DNA from: Candidatus Obscuribacterales bacterium
Lineage (GTDB): Bacteria > Cyanobacteriota > Vampirovibrionia > Obscuribacterales > Obscuribacteraceae
DNA length: 64,000 bases
Assembly (NCBI GenBank): GCA_965228855.1
Contig: CBDDIJ010000005.1
Coordinates: 224,001-288,000, forward strand
Direction: 5' to 3'
The notes under the pieces are model-generated. The model saw only the letters and a program-made list of their open reading frames with translations. It did not search any database and had not been told where the DNA came from. Every line of letters begins with the position of its first letter. Position 1 is the first letter of the stretch. Position numbers and translations under genes: made by a program. Positions 48,432-60,700 of this stretch are shown here, one piece after another.

Positions 48432-50780
48432 TTAAACGCGCGACCCACCTGGCGTGGAGACAGAGAACATTGATTGTGTTTTCGAAGACTTTTTGCGGGA
48501 GGATGGAAACGGCTCTGGAAGCAGCACGGGCTTCTCGCGCACGGTTTCGCGCTGCTGGAGGGGATTTACGACTTGTCCCGATTGGGAAGGGCTGAAGTTT
48601 TCACTTTGGTGCAAATGAATGTGCTCTTGGTGCTGAACCAAGTTTTTTGTTTCACGCTTCAGATCAGGAGCAAACGACAACAAGTTTTTGTTTGTCAGAA
48701 TCACGTTGTCTCCGCGCTCTATCGACTGTTTAGCCAGGGACTCAATTGACTGCTGCGTGCTACTACCGGACGGTTTCGACGTGATACCATTTGCATTTTG
48801 AGTCACGGTAACTAAACCAGGAACACGCATGGCGAGCGTGACTTTCTGCCTATCGATCTGGTACGCGCCAGTGTGAACATCCGAATGATCCTGAAGCGCA
48901 TAACTACCGGACAGCTCCAGTGGAATTTCAAATGAGCCGGAAATATCGAGAGGAAACTCGACTGTCTTTGTCGGGTCAATAGGTAAAGTAAGCTCGCGAG
49001 TTTCGTTGTAGCGCTCGTTGAGTTCACCAACGAAAAGCGGATCCAGAATTGAGTTTAAATTGCTATTCGGGTCAGGCACAAAATCTTCGACATTCACTCC
49101 AATCGAAGAGTCTTTCAATGATGCCAGAGGCGCAATCGAGTCGGGCGAAATCGTTTGTAGCTTGAGCGTTTGACTGGGGAAATTAAATTCCTGAGTATCC
49201 AACTGCGAATCAACTTCGTATGAGTTTGCGGGTTTCAACGCGGGCAATTCGACACTGGTTTTCACTGCTGTACGATGAATGTCGAGCGGTCGGTTTGCGC
49301 TGTTGTCCAGTACACCTTGATCCAAACAACGACTCACAGCGCCGGCGTCATTCGTCGGTTTCAAGTCGTCGAAGGTCAATTTGATCGCCGGAAATCTCCA
49401 GCACTCTTCCTGCTCGACCGGTTTATCCTTAGACAATTTCGACATCGTCCCGGTGATTTTCTTTTTGAAAACCGAGTGTGCTGCAGTGCGATCGCCATAG
49501 CTCAACGTGTAAATTTCTTGAGCGCGCCGATAAAGTGGCTCAGCTTCAGCCGGCATATCCACTTCTGTCAACAAGTCAGCGAGACGCAACAGGCAACTTG
49601 CAACAGACAGTCCGTTTTCGCCGTGTATAGATTCCAAAACTTTGAGCAGGCGTTCTAACATCTCGGCAGAACGATCATAGCGACGCAAACGATGATAGAT
49701 GCTGGCAAGTTCGTTCAACGTTCCGCTGATCTCCAGCGATGACGGTCCGTGAAGCTGTTCCTGAATTTCGAGAATGGTAAGCATCAGCGTTTCCGCGGCA
49801 GCCGGATGACCGTGCCGGATGTAGCTGTCCGCCAGCCTGCTGAGAGTGAACGCGCAAACAGGAGAATTGCGACCGAATGCTTCTTCCTGCCGAGCAAGCA
49901 GCAATTTATATAGCGCTTGAGCGTGAACAGCCTCACCGCACTTCTCATAGACATCGGCGAGTTGATCGACCGTGCGTATGAGCAGCCAATCGTCAGGTGA
50001 CAAACGTTCGACCCTATACGTGAGAAGGCGCGCTACAAGCGGTTCTGACAGTCGAAACTTTTCGTGGCCGTAGTAAAACTGAGCGAGATCTTCAACGGCT
50101 CTATAGATTGCAGGATCTCCGCTGGGAAAGGTCCGCTCGGCGACGATCAGTGCCTGCTTGTATAATCGCTCGGCGTCTTCGATGCGACCTTGCTGCAGAT
50201 ACTGAGCGGCAAGGCGCGTGTATTGAATATTTTCAGGCGTGGAAAACGCCGGCTGATTGTAGGGAGTCTCCCAGGTCGTGATGGCGCCCTGAGTTTGCTG
50301 AGAACTCCAACCGGCCTGGCGTTCTTCATTTTCAACGAATGCATCGATTTCGGCGAGAAGCTCAGACACCACATCATCGGTGATTGGTGTCGCCTTATCA
50401 GCACCCGGCTTTTGCACCATTTGCACTATAGAGGGAAACAATCCCAGACTTGCCGAAGTCAGCCGACTCGACGCGATACCGATGTCGGCAATTCCATCTT
50501 TCGGAACGCCCAGGTCAGAGGTTTTGAGCTCACTCACTTCTGCATCCGCGTTTGGCATTCGGATCGCCATCATGTCGTGCATCGTCACTCGAAGATTCGG
50601 GCGCGCACCATCAGCGGTGCCTCGACGTTTTTGCGCTTGAGACTGACGAGAACTCACAGGACGAATTTTCGGAGCCTGCAGTCGCACTGCCGCCGCGTCA
50701 ATTTCATCGGTCACCACATGCGGCGACTTTCCGGCGTGCGGAAACAACTTGGGATGGTTAGACGAGGGTGAATAAACCAT
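48432..50780 (-). CDS. TPR (kinesin-light-chain type) protein with disordered termini
   Basis: About six 42-aa repeats (AERLYKQAL, AEPLYRRAQEI). Confidence 0.8.
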   Translation of the reverse strand: MVYSPSSNHPKLFPHAGKSPHVVTDEIDAAAVRLQAPKIRPVSSRQSQAQKRRGTADGARPNLRVTMHDMMAIRMPNADAEVSELKTSDLGVPKDGIADIGIASSRLTSASLGLFPSIVQMVQKPGADKATPITDDVVSELLAEIDAFVENEERQAGWSSQQTQGAITTWETPYNQPAFSTPENIQYTRLAAQYLQQGRIEDAERLYKQALIVAERTFPSGDPAIYRAVEDLAQFYYGHEKFRLSEPLVARLLTYRVERLSPDDWLLIRTVDQLADVYEKCGEAVHAQALYKLLLARQEEAFGRNSPVCAFTLSRLADSYIRHGHPAAAETLMLTILEIQEQLHGPSSLEISGTLNELASIYHRLRRYDRSAEMLERLLKVLESIHGENGLSVASCLLRLADLLTEVDMPAEAEPLYRRAQEIYTLSYGDRTAAHSVFKKKITGTMSKLSKDKPVEQEECWRFPAIKLTFDDLKPTNDAGAVSRCLDQGVLDNSANRPLDIHRTAVKTSVELPALKPANSYEVDSQLDTQEFNFPSQTLKLQTISPDSIAPLASLKDSSIGVNVEDFVPDPNSNLNSILDPLFVGELNERYNETRELTLPIDPTKTVEFPLDISGSFEIPLELSGSYALQDHSDVHTGAYQIDRQKVTLAMRVPGLVTVTQNANGITSKPSGSSTQQSIESLAKQSIERGDNVILTNKNLLSFAPDLKRETKNLVQHQEHIHLHQSENFSPSQSGQVVNPLQQRETVREKPVLLPEPFPSSRKKSSKTQSMFSVSTPGGSRV

Positions 50781-51009
50781 TCGTGTTCGAGGCTCGGTCA
50801 GCAGAAGGGGACAACGGGGTTAGCTGGCAGCCGTTTAGCATTTCATCCTCATCGTAATGCACTAAACTGCAAACACAAGTGGGAATATTCCCACTTAAGG
50901 CGCAAACCTTCCTGCCGTGGGGTTTAAGCGGTTTATGCATTGATCGTAATAAAACAAAATTACAGCGCGCTTAACAAAAGCGCTTCTCTAAATTAGTGCA
51001 ATATCACAA

Positions 51010-53499
51010 TCATTTGGATGCCGGAGAAGCGCTCCCTGACTGCTCTCCCGTCACCTTCACGCTTCGGCTGTGCGACTCCTCGATCGCGAAATTGTATTTA
51101 CGAGTCCAGGATGGCGATTGCAACAGGTTGTACGTCAATTTCCGCTCCCAGTGCTCGTCTCGCTGCGGACCACCTTGTATTTCATAGTACGTATAGGTTC
51201 CACCTCTCGTCAGCATAGAACCTTGACTGGTACTACATACGATGTATAGCCGTCCGGCACGACCAACTCCCATAGTCGCTCCGGTGCGGGGTGCAGTAGA
51301 TATTTCCTTGCCGTTGATCGTGGTAGTCTCGCTCGTCTTCTCGGGCGCAGAAGCGGCAGTTTTGCTGTCTGCCGTATTCGGCAACGAGTCGAGAAATATA
51401 TAGGATGACAGCGGGCAATCGACAGGCGCAAGCACACGATCTATGTTTGCCAGAAGGTTGAAGTCGGGCATCGTTATCGGTTCATTTTTTACTTCGGCTT
51501 CAGAAATGATCGTCAGTCGGCGCAGCAGTCGCATAAAGTCTTCGGAGCGAGGCTTATAACGCACAGGCATATATCCAAGTTCGGTCAACTGTTTAATCAG
51601 GTTTGTGCAGTCCACCTGCAGATCCTTATAGAGGTCAACTCGCGGTTCCAAGTAATGAAAGCGCGCAGGTCGTGACGGCGCAGGCTGCTGAACACGAAGA
51701 GAGGGGTGCTGAGTAAACTGCGGAGGAGTCGGTCGCGCCGGAGTCGAAGCGCGACTGAAGTCTCCTCCCGCGCCTGCAAGTCCAGCTTTCGACCCAGCCT
51801 GAGATGCCGGCGTTCCTGCAGTCTTCGGAGCAGAGGGCGCAGCCGTCTTTCCAGCCGAGCCAACAGGATCTGCATTTTTTCCGGCGCTATCTCCGCCCTG
51901 CCCCGGTTCAATTACCAGACAGGCACTGTAGCTATCAATCCAGGCGGCCAGAGCTGTTTCCAATGACTTGACCATCCAGAGATCCGAACGCAAACCGATT
52001 TGAACGGTGTCGGGATATGTCCGAAATATTGAACTTGCTATAGTCCAGTGCCGATCCATGCCAGCATCATTCTGATTGATGAGCTTGGTAAGCCGCTCCA
52101 GACGAGGGACGCGTTTGGTCAATCCCTGATCTAGCGTGTCCAGTTGTTCACTCAAGATGTTGGTTGCCGCCTGCGCACCGTGTGCATGCAGATCGATAAG
52201 ACCGATTGGAACTCTAACGGGTCCTTCAACGGTTTCCAGATAGTTATGCCCCTCTTCACGGAGCCAGACCAGTTCAGGCGGATCTATAAGCGGAAACATC
52301 CGAAATACGACGTCATCACCGGCGGTACCACCATCCTGGTCCATCTCGAAAACCGATCGTGCATTCAACTCCATCGGTCTCTGATTGCGAACCGATAACA
52401 ACAGTTTAGTACGCAGAAAAGGTTGAGACAGGGAATGAAGCAATCTGGCCAGATCTGTCTCCGATGTTTTAAAAACGCCTTGAAGTTCTGGGGCAATGAT
52501 CGTCTTTTTCTTTGCATTACTATCAAAATTCAGCAAAGCCGTCGCCATCGCGATCCTGTTCCAGCGAGCCAGTGCAGGCTCGTTGCCGCCGACATTTGCC
52601 AACACGATACTTCGGTATAGAAGCACAGCGCGGCGAAACAGATTACCGCCACCTTCGGCGGATGTGTCACCGGAATTGCTCAGCGGAAACGGCATACGCG
52701 ACAACCACTGATATGCGATGTGAAAACGCTTGAGCTTCGGGCGTTGTGCCATAAAGCCCCATGGTCTGAAGGTTCCGAAATCAACGTACGTACTGAAGAT
52801 TTGCGAGCGACCCGCTTTGCCCGACTCGATCAGCGCAAGATCCGCTTTCACCAGATCAATTGCGCCGCCGATTTCCGGAAGTACCGTTTTCGGCTCCAGG
52901 ATCACCAGGGCAACGCAAAGATACGCCAGGTTTCTTTGAATGTCATCTTTGACTTCATCGTCGTCCGTGCGTCGATAGTCGGCGATAGAACTGACGAGCA
53001 TCGCTTTAAGCAATCCATATAGATCCTTGTAAACGCCTTCTTCGATTGCGCTAGCCAGCATGCCATTGGTGAAAGCGAAGTATGGATGAACGATACTATC
53101 GACGGTGACAAAATTAGCCTTGTTTTCCGCTCTGTTCTCTGCGTAGATATCAGATATTTTCGTGTACTTGGTCCCATTGACGATGACAAAGTAATTGAAA
53201 CCGAGCTGCGCTACGGCTCTGTCACTGAGTCCGGGAATTCTCGTCGCGCTCAAATCCACCGGTGGACCGTTCATTGTCTTTAGATCGGTTCTTCGAAAGA
53301 TGTCTTCGAGGGTCTGTTTCTCACGCGTTTTAAGAGGCCGGTTGGTTCCCGGATTCATCAGGCGAAACGGCTGCAGATTCGGCATACTCGAAGGCATCGC
53401 GCCATCGCTCAGTTGCGCGAAGACCGGTCCGGGCGACGCGTTCGCCAACATCATCGCCGCGGAAAACAGAGCACAAAATCTAACAAACAAATGTTTCAT
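51010..53499 (-). CDS. Exported DUF3160-like protein
   Basis: Signal peptide; FVTVDSIVHPY, DFGTFRPWG, YLEPRVDLY, GGTYTYYE...DEHW. Confidence 0.7.
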   Translation of the reverse strand: MKHLFVRFCALFSAAMMLANASPGPVFAQLSDGAMPSSMPNLQPFRLMNPGTNRPLKTREKQTLEDIFRRTDLKTMNGPPVDLSATRIPGLSDRAVAQLGFNYFVIVNGTKYTKISDIYAENRAENKANFVTVDSIVHPYFAFTNGMLASAIEEGVYKDLYGLLKAMLVSSIADYRRTDDDEVKDDIQRNLAYLCVALVILEPKTVLPEIGGAIDLVKADLALIESGKAGRSQIFSTYVDFGTFRPWGFMAQRPKLKRFHIAYQWLSRMPFPLSNSGDTSAEGGGNLFRRAVLLYRSIVLANVGGNEPALARWNRIAMATALLNFDSNAKKKTIIAPELQGVFKTSETDLARLLHSLSQPFLRTKLLLSVRNQRPMELNARSVFEMDQDGGTAGDDVVFRMFPLIDPPELVWLREEGHNYLETVEGPVRVPIGLIDLHAHGAQAATNILSEQLDTLDQGLTKRVPRLERLTKLINQNDAGMDRHWTIASSIFRTYPDTVQIGLRSDLWMVKSLETALAAWIDSYSACLVIEPGQGGDSAGKNADPVGSAGKTAAPSAPKTAGTPASQAGSKAGLAGAGGDFSRASTPARPTPPQFTQHPSLRVQQPAPSRPARFHYLEPRVDLYKDLQVDCTNLIKQLTELGYMPVRYKPRSEDFMRLLRRLTIISEAEVKNEPITMPDFNLLANIDRVLAPVDCPLSSYIFLDSLPNTADSKTAASAPEKTSETTTINGKEISTAPRTGATMGVGRAGRLYIVCSTSQGSMLTRGGTYTYYEIQGGPQRDEHWERKLTYNLLQSPSWTRKYNFAIEESHSRSVKVTGEQSGSASPASK

Positions 53500-53519
53500 C
53501 GGTTAGATACACGAACAGA

Positions 53520-55184
53520 CTATGTAAGCGGCATCGACATGGAATCAAGCGAGACGAATCGGGCGGTATGAATACCGGATTGCACTGTAAGGCTCTCTAC
53601 CACCTCGGAAGAAAGCGGCTCGTCCATTGTCATTACCATGACGGCGTCCTTACGAATTCCCACGCGCCCGACGCTCATCGTGCTGATGTTGACGTCCTTC
53701 TCACCGAGTATGGTGGCAACTTTGGCGACCATGCCGGGTTGATCCTTATGCATGGTGAAGAGCATGTTTTTAGCCGGCGTAAGATTGATGGGATGCTCGT
53801 TTATCTTCGTTATGATTGGATCGTTGTGAGCCATCACTGTACCGGAAATCGAGGTCGTGCCTTCTTCGGTGGAGACCAGCACCGTGACGCCATCTCGGTC
53901 TTCAGTTGCCTCAGGCAAGCGGCTTTCGCGAACCAGGATGCCGTGATTTCTGGCTACGATTTGAGCATTGACGAAGGTGACGCCCTCGATTTTGCCCATG
54001 AATAAGCCTTTCAGCGCCGCCACCACCAGTGGTTCTGTCTCTTTGCCCGCAAGGGCACCATAAGTGATCAGTTCAAATTCACGAACGCTACCCTTGGCCA
54101 GTTCTCCAGCGATCGCGCCCATTGCTTCAGCCAGTCCAAGATACTTACCTAACATTTTAAGTGTTTCGGGTCGCATGAATGGCAGATTGACCGGGCTGCG
54201 CGCCATGCCCTCTGTCAAGTAATCACGGATCTGCTCCGCCAGGTCGATTGCAACGTTGAATTGAGCCTCGACAGTCGAAGCGCCAAGGTGAGGAGTAAGT
54301 ACGACTTTATCGCCGAGTTCCGCCAGAGTCGAGTCTTTCGGCGGCTCCTCGTCAAATACGTCAAGCGCTGCGCCGGCGACTCTGCCGTCCTTGATTGCTC
54401 GCGCAAGCGCGGACTCATCGACCACGCCTCCGCGCGATGCATTGATTATCCGCACTCCCGGCTTGATTCTAGATAGAACATTTCCGCTTATCAGATTCGT
54501 CGTCTGCGGCGTCTTCGGCGTATGAATGGTTATGAAGTCGGCGCGCATCCAGATCTCTTCGAGTGAAACCGCCGTCAAATTGAGTTGTTTAGCGCGTTCC
54601 TCACTGATGAAGGGGTCGTAAACAATCACTTTCATTCCCAGAGCAAGAGCAGCCGTAGCAACTCTCGAACCAATTTTACCGAAACCGATTACGCCAAGCG
54701 TTTTATTAAAGAGTTCGACGCCGAGGAATTTGCTGCGCTCCCACTGACCGGCCTTCATGGAAGCATCGGCCGCCGGGACATTTCTTGCAAGCGCAAACAT
54801 CAGAGCAATTGTATGCTCAGCGGCACTAGCGGTGTTTCCCTCCGGAGAATTGACGACAAGAACGCCGGCCTCGGTAGCAGCTTTTACATCAATGTTGTCC
54901 ACGCCAACTCCGGCACGGCCGATGACTTTGAGTTTGGTGCCGCGCTGGATTACCTCCGCGGTCGCCTGCGTCCGGCTGCGGACCAGCAGTGCATCGAACT
55001 CTTCGATCGTCTCAAGCAGTTTCTCCGCTGTAATCTTGGGATCGTAAGTCACATCCAATTTTTCACGAAGTATGTTAAGACCTTCCTCGCTGATCTGATC
55101 GGCAACGAGAACCCGCTTCAAAGTCACAATTTCAGCGGCTTTGGTCGATTTAGCTTCTGCTTTCACCATGTCTAGTTTCCTCAA
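53520..55184 (-). CDS. serA: D-3-phosphoglycerate dehydrogenase
   Basis: GRAGVGVDNID, GFGKIG, NASRGG, TPHLGAST, C-terminal ASB and ACT (HKDQPGMV) domains. Confidence 0.97.
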   Translation of the reverse strand: MRKLDMVKAEAKSTKAAEIVTLKRVLVADQISEEGLNILREKLDVTYDPKITAEKLLETIEEFDALLVRSRTQATAEVIQRGTKLKVIGRAGVGVDNIDVKAATEAGVLVVNSPEGNTASAAEHTIALMFALARNVPAADASMKAGQWERSKFLGVELFNKTLGVIGFGKIGSRVATAALALGMKVIVYDPFISEERAKQLNLTAVSLEEIWMRADFITIHTPKTPQTTNLISGNVLSRIKPGVRIINASRGGVVDESALARAIKDGRVAGAALDVFDEEPPKDSTLAELGDKVVLTPHLGASTVEAQFNVAIDLAEQIRDYLTEGMARSPVNLPFMRPETLKMLGKYLGLAEAMGAIAGELAKGSVREFELITYGALAGKETEPLVVAALKGLFMGKIEGVTFVNAQIVARNHGILVRESRLPEATEDRDGVTVLVSTEEGTTSISGTVMAHNDPIITKINEHPINLTPAKNMLFTMHKDQPGMVAKVATILGEKDVNISTMSVGRVGIRKDAVMVMTMDEPLSSEVVESLTVQSGIHTARFVSLDSMSMPLT

Positions 55185-55248
55185 TTCATGCGCCTGCCGC
55201 GATCACAATGTGATAGCGACTGACAACCAGCGCAGCCAACTGTCGAGA

Positions 55249-57690
55249 TTAAGGTGAGGACTTCGGGGTCAATATCACCTTATGCCGCTGCTGCCTGTCG
55301 GACTGCTCTTCCGAGAAAGCGACGGGAAGCGGTTTTGCCTGCAGCCAAGATTTTAGCTGATCGTAGCGGTTTGGTGACATAAGATGACCGGACTGACCAA
55401 GAGGTTGGGTCTCGTAGAACTTATCGGAGTCGGACATGTCGATGAGTAGCCGTTCTACCGGTCCTATAGAACAGACAAATTTGCCGGGAGCGCCTGAAGC
55501 ATCGTAGTTGAAAGCATTGACTGTATCAGCGTCTCCACCGACTCCCTCCGGACCGATGTTCACCAGACGACCAAGAGTGTTTTCCCAGTCAGGGACGGCG
55601 TCGAAGAGCATATGCCGAAATGTAACTTTATGATACTGTTCCCACGACATTGCGCTGACGTCCAGATCTGCCTTTGCGTCCTTGCTTCGCAGGTCACGCA
55701 GAGCCTGGGAGAACGAGGTCACGACAAAGGTGTCGAATTTACGCTCCTCCGGAGGCAGCCAGTCGAGACTCTTCTGGCTCAAGCTGTGCTCTACCTGAAC
55801 AGTCCAACGAGGCCATCTTCGCAGATACTCGTTTGTTAAAGGCAAGCCCATCTTACTCATCAAAACACGCCGACCAACAGTGCGAATGAAAGACTCATAG
55901 ATCGCAGCAGATGCGCTCTGGCGGCGGAGGTAGCCGTCCCACTGATCAAGAGTCTGCAAAGCGGTCAATTGAATTTGGTCGTTCACTTCCTGCTTGTTCA
56001 CGTTCGTCTGCAAAGTTTCCTTCACCAGAGCGGTCAGTGGAGCATACTCATCACCTTGAAGAACCGCCATGTCCGGCAATCCCGGACGACGGCCGCTTTG
56101 TTTGAAACCGCCGAGGAGCGATTGAACCCGTTGCACCGGATATGGTGTCACGGGCGCTTCGAAGTCAGGCAAATTCGTAAAATTCGCCACCAGAAATCCT
56201 TCTTTAGGATTCAGACTATACGGCATCGCCTCGAATTCCATGCGTCCGGTCCAGTCACATGTACCGGTCCAGCCGGGCAGAATCAGGCTGGCTCTTAGTT
56301 TTTTAGTCAGGTCAGAGATTTTTCGCTCCGGCAAATTCCCAGCTAATTGAAGCCCGATGTTTCCTTTCTTGTCGGCGAACAAAAACGACTGTGGTGAACC
56401 GCGGTAGGATTTGAGAACGGTTCTAAACTGATTCCAATCGGTCACCTTATTCAATCTGTAAAATGTTTCAAACGCAGGCAAAGCAATATCATTGCCGCTC
56501 CACGCCAGCACAACAGCGTTCGTAACACCAGCCTCGTATCCGATTAGAACAGGACCGTGACGCGTAATAATGACTTTGTGCTGCAGATTTTGCATCTGGA
56601 AATTCGCTTTGCAAGGTATTTCTTCAATCACTTCGCGAGCAGCGGTCCAACCTTCCGGCAGCTTGTATGTATTAGGAATATCTGGTGAGAATTGCTCGAT
56701 GAACAGATCTTGAGTATCGGCCTTGTACGCCGTCGCGCCCCAGGAGCACGCTGTATTTCTTCCGTACATCACTCCGGGAACACCTGGGATGGTGATGCCC
56801 GCGACCTTGAAGTCTCCGGTCGATAATGTGCAGGCATACCATAAATTCGGCTCTGTTAATTGGGCGTGACGATCGAGCGCGAGCAAAGCGCCACCACCAT
56901 CGGTGCTTCCGCCTGAGATGACCCAACCATTACTTCCGATTCCAGGCAAAGTCTCGACTACTCTTCGTGCCATTGGCGGCAGATCTTTCAATTGAGGAAG
57001 AGAGCTCAAGTCAGGAGTTTTTTTGATTGACGCTTTAGAACCAGGAGAGGTTTTAACCGGTGCAGGAAAACTCTCCTCGAACAATCGCGAGGCCACTTCC
57101 GGACCGACTTTGTCCATAACTCGCTGGCGCAAATCATCGAGACTCCAGGACTCCTCCTGGACATACTGTAGATATTTCATCACGATGATCGTATCTTCAG
57201 CCTTCCATTCACCCGGATAATAGCCGAGCACCCAGAACTCAGGCGGACGTTTTCCTGACCCAGCGCTGATAGCCTCGTTAACTCCCTGACAGTAGGCATC
57301 CAGCGCCTTTCGTGCATCCGAGGAAAGCAACTTCAATTCGTCCTTGCTGTTGCGTGCGAAGCCTATTTGCCGCATCAACTTGTCTTGCGGCAGACAGGAC
57401 AGACCGAAGACTTGCGACAACTCGCCGCGTCCCAGCCTGCGCAGCATGTCCATTTGAAAGAGGCGGTGAGATGCAGCCCAATAACCCTGCGCGCGGTAAA
57501 GATCAAGTTCAGACGATGCAGAGATAAACGGAACGCCGCGATCGTCAGTCACAATCGCCGCCTCTTTCGCCAGTAGATTGACATCAGCGATTCCATCAAA
57601 GCTAGGCAAGCTGCTCTTCGCCAACCACCAACCTGCAACCGGCAGAGTGAGAAGGATTACAACGACAATCGACAAGACAATTTTAAACAC
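55249..57690 (-). CDS. Penicillin acylase family (Ntn hydrolase S45)
   Basis: DDRGVPFI, AQGY..ASHRLFQM, GIGSNGWVI nucleophile, TRHGPV, GQSGH. Confidence 0.92.
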   Translation of the reverse strand: MFKIVLSIVVVILLTLPVAGWWLAKSSLPSFDGIADVNLLAKEAAIVTDDRGVPFISASSELDLYRAQGYWAASHRLFQMDMLRRLGRGELSQVFGLSCLPQDKLMRQIGFARNSKDELKLLSSDARKALDAYCQGVNEAISAGSGKRPPEFWVLGYYPGEWKAEDTIIVMKYLQYVQEESWSLDDLRQRVMDKVGPEVASRLFEESFPAPVKTSPGSKASIKKTPDLSSLPQLKDLPPMARRVVETLPGIGSNGWVISGGSTDGGGALLALDRHAQLTEPNLWYACTLSTGDFKVAGITIPGVPGVMYGRNTACSWGATAYKADTQDLFIEQFSPDIPNTYKLPEGWTAAREVIEEIPCKANFQMQNLQHKVIITRHGPVLIGYEAGVTNAVVLAWSGNDIALPAFETFYRLNKVTDWNQFRTVLKSYRGSPQSFLFADKKGNIGLQLAGNLPERKISDLTKKLRASLILPGWTGTCDWTGRMEFEAMPYSLNPKEGFLVANFTNLPDFEAPVTPYPVQRVQSLLGGFKQSGRRPGLPDMAVLQGDEYAPLTALVKETLQTNVNKQEVNDQIQLTALQTLDQWDGYLRRQSASAAIYESFIRTVGRRVLMSKMGLPLTNEYLRRWPRWTVQVEHSLSQKSLDWLPPEERKFDTFVVTSFSQALRDLRSKDAKADLDVSAMSWEQYHKVTFRHMLFDAVPDWENTLGRLVNIGPEGVGGDADTVNAFNYDASGAPGKFVCSIGPVERLLIDMSDSDKFYETQPLGQSGHLMSPNRYDQLKSWLQAKPLPVAFSEEQSDRQQRHKVILTPKSSP

Positions 57691-57765
57691 GCAGCGAATT
57701 CCCGGTTACGCTTCAACGCCTCAAATTATAGACGTCTTGGCGTCTAGCCGCCGAAAAAACTAGTA

Positions 57766-60700
57766 TTAATTGCTCGCCAGAAATTGATTGATGAATGAGA
57801 TCAAACTCTGTTTGGCGCGCACCAATTCGCCCGCATGCTCAGTGATATCTTCGCTTCGAGATTCGCGACAAGCCGCTTCCAGGTTCAATGCAATTTCATT
57901 CATCTTTGTGGCTGAGAGCACGGAAGCAAGCCCTTTCAATTGATGTGCCAACCTCCCCACCATCTCGATATCGCCATTCTTGACTTCAACCGCTACCGCA
58001 GGAACGAGTTCCTCCAGCTCGTCGATAAAGCTAGTGAGAATTTCGCGCAAGCTGTTTTTACCGTAATGTTCTATAACCATTTCGATATCCATAAGAGGGG
58101 TATCGCTATCAGATATCTTTAAACCTTGCTGGTCGTCGATCATCGTCGCGACCGCGGAATCATCCGATTTAGAAACAGGCTTGCTTCCGCCGCCTTCGGA
58201 TGAGCTACCGGAGGCGTACACCATGTGAGCTGGTGGTGTGAAAACGTCTGACAGCCACTTTTCCAACATGAGTTCAAGTTGATCGATAGTGACGGGCTTG
58301 CTCAGATAGTCGTCCATTCCCGACGCAAGACATTGCTCGCGGTCACCGGCCATCGCAAACGCAGTCATAGCAATTATGGGAATATGGCCACCTTTGACGA
58401 ATTCGCGTTTGCGAATTTCAAGAGTTGATTCAAAACCATCCATCACCGGCATCTGACAGTCCATGAGAACTAGCGAATATTCGTTTTTCAAAGTTTTCTC
58501 AACTGCTTCAGATCCGTTAGTAGCAAAATCCGTTTCAATTCCGAACTTTTCGAGCTGTTTAATCGTCAGCCCACGCATCAAATTGTTGTCTTCCACTACC
58601 AGAATTCTGATCGGTCCAGTCACCTTTCGATTCGAGGAACCCTTATGCTGCCCCACCCTGCCACTACTTGTATCTTTTGGTCGAACGAAAACGGCTGACA
58701 GAAGATCGGTGCGCCGAAACGGTTTATAAACACAGAGATCGGCTCCGCGTTCGCACGCTTTTTCGCCCAGATCGCGCTGATGCACGTCCGTGAGAAATAC
58801 TAGCTTCAAATCTTTGTGCTTCGCTTCTCTCCTGATAGCGTCTATGATGTTCAAAGCATCAATTGATTCAACCCCACTATCTACGAGGACAGCTTTGGGA
58901 GCAGTACCGTTCTTAAGGGCCGAGTCAAGTCCGTAGAGGATGCTACCAAGAGTGGTGGCATGATGTACTGCCGCCCCCTCTGACTCTATGTAGGAACCGA
59001 CAATTGTTTTAGTACTCTCAGAGCCGCTATAGAGAAACACGGCCTCGCCGGTCTTCTCAGCGCTCGACAACGGAAGTTCGACGACACCTTGAGCGGCGGC
59101 TAGAGGTAAGCAGAACCAGAACGTGGTGCCGCCACCCTCAGAGCTGTCGAAACCGATTTCGCCGCCCATCAATTCAACCAGCCGCTTGCAAATGGACAGG
59201 CCCAACCCAGTGCCACCATAGCGACGAGTGGTCGAACCATCAGCCTGTGCAAATGGCGTAAATAAACGTTGCCTGATGCTTTCCGGCATCCCTATTCCGG
59301 TGTCGGACACCTCGAATCGGACAAACGACTTTGCATCTCCCGGACTTGCATTAAAAGAAGTGCCATCACCTACGGTGCCCGGTGCCGGGACCGGACGCAC
59401 ACGAACGATGACTTCTCCATCATAAGTGAACTTGACCGCGTTGCTGACGAGGTTGATTAGAATTTGGCGAATGCGAACAGGATCGCCTGTCACTATGCGA
59501 GGCAGTTCCGGCTCAACATGCGTCATCACTGAAAGTTTTTTGGCTGCCGCATCCTTTATGAATATATCAACACTGCCTTCGACAATGTTCTGCAGTTCGA
59601 AATCTATATCCTCAAGCTCGATCTTACCCGCTTCAATTTTGGAGAAGTCGAGTATGTCATTGATAATAACCAGCAGTGATTTAGCAGAATCCCTTGCTGT
59701 GCCGGCATATTCACGCTGTTGCTGGTCGAGCGACGTATCAAGCAGCAGGTCTGACATACCAATGACCGCGCTCAATGGTGTCCGAATTTCATGGGAGATG
59801 TTTGCAACAAACTCGGACTTGAGCTTGGAAGCCTCCATCGCTTTATCGTAGGCCTGTTCTAACTGCTGCGTCAGAGTCTCAAGTTTCTCGTTCGCTCGAC
59901 CAAGGCTCTTCACGCGTTCCTCGAGGTCGGCGTTCAACTTGCGAACTTCTTCCTGGGCTCGTTTGAGATCGGTGACATCCATTACCAGTCCGTTGAATAA
60001 AACGTCGCCGTTTTCCAGGCGAGCAGGAGTGGACGTCGCTTGAATAAAACGCATAGTTCCATTCGGCGCAAGAACGCGGCCTTCATATCGAAATACGGTC
60101 AGATTTGCTGCGGACTCCAGACTGAGTTTTTTCATAGCAGCTGCGTCATCAGGATGCATGACTTTGAAAGCCAATGACGCATCAGCCTCGATCTCATGAG
60201 CCTCGTAACCTAGAACCTCTTTGCTCCCCTCGCTCACGTAAGGGAAGTGAAAGTCACCGTTTGGCCTCACGACAAACTGATAGATGATGCCGGGCATGTG
60301 TTGTCCAATATTGACGAATCGATCATTGGCGACAAGCAGTTCTTCTTCCACAAGGCGTCTGTCAGTCACATCATAGGCAACCGCATAAATCGAGTCACCG
60401 AATGAGGTGGCACTCCACCTGAAGTAGCGAATGCTTCCGTCCTTGGCTACATATCTATTTTCAAAATCACGAACGCTGCCTCCGGCCATCAGCTTCACAT
60501 CGATCGCAGAAGTGAGATGCCTGTCATCAGGATGGACGAATTCGCTGTACGGTCTTGAGTACAGCTCTTCCAACGAGTATCCGAGGCGCTCGGACCAAAC
60601 AGGATTCAATCTGGTGAAATATCCTTTTAAATTGGCAATACAAAGAAGCTCTCTCGATAGCGTGAAAAATATATTTGCGGTCGCAATCTCCTGGTCTCGC

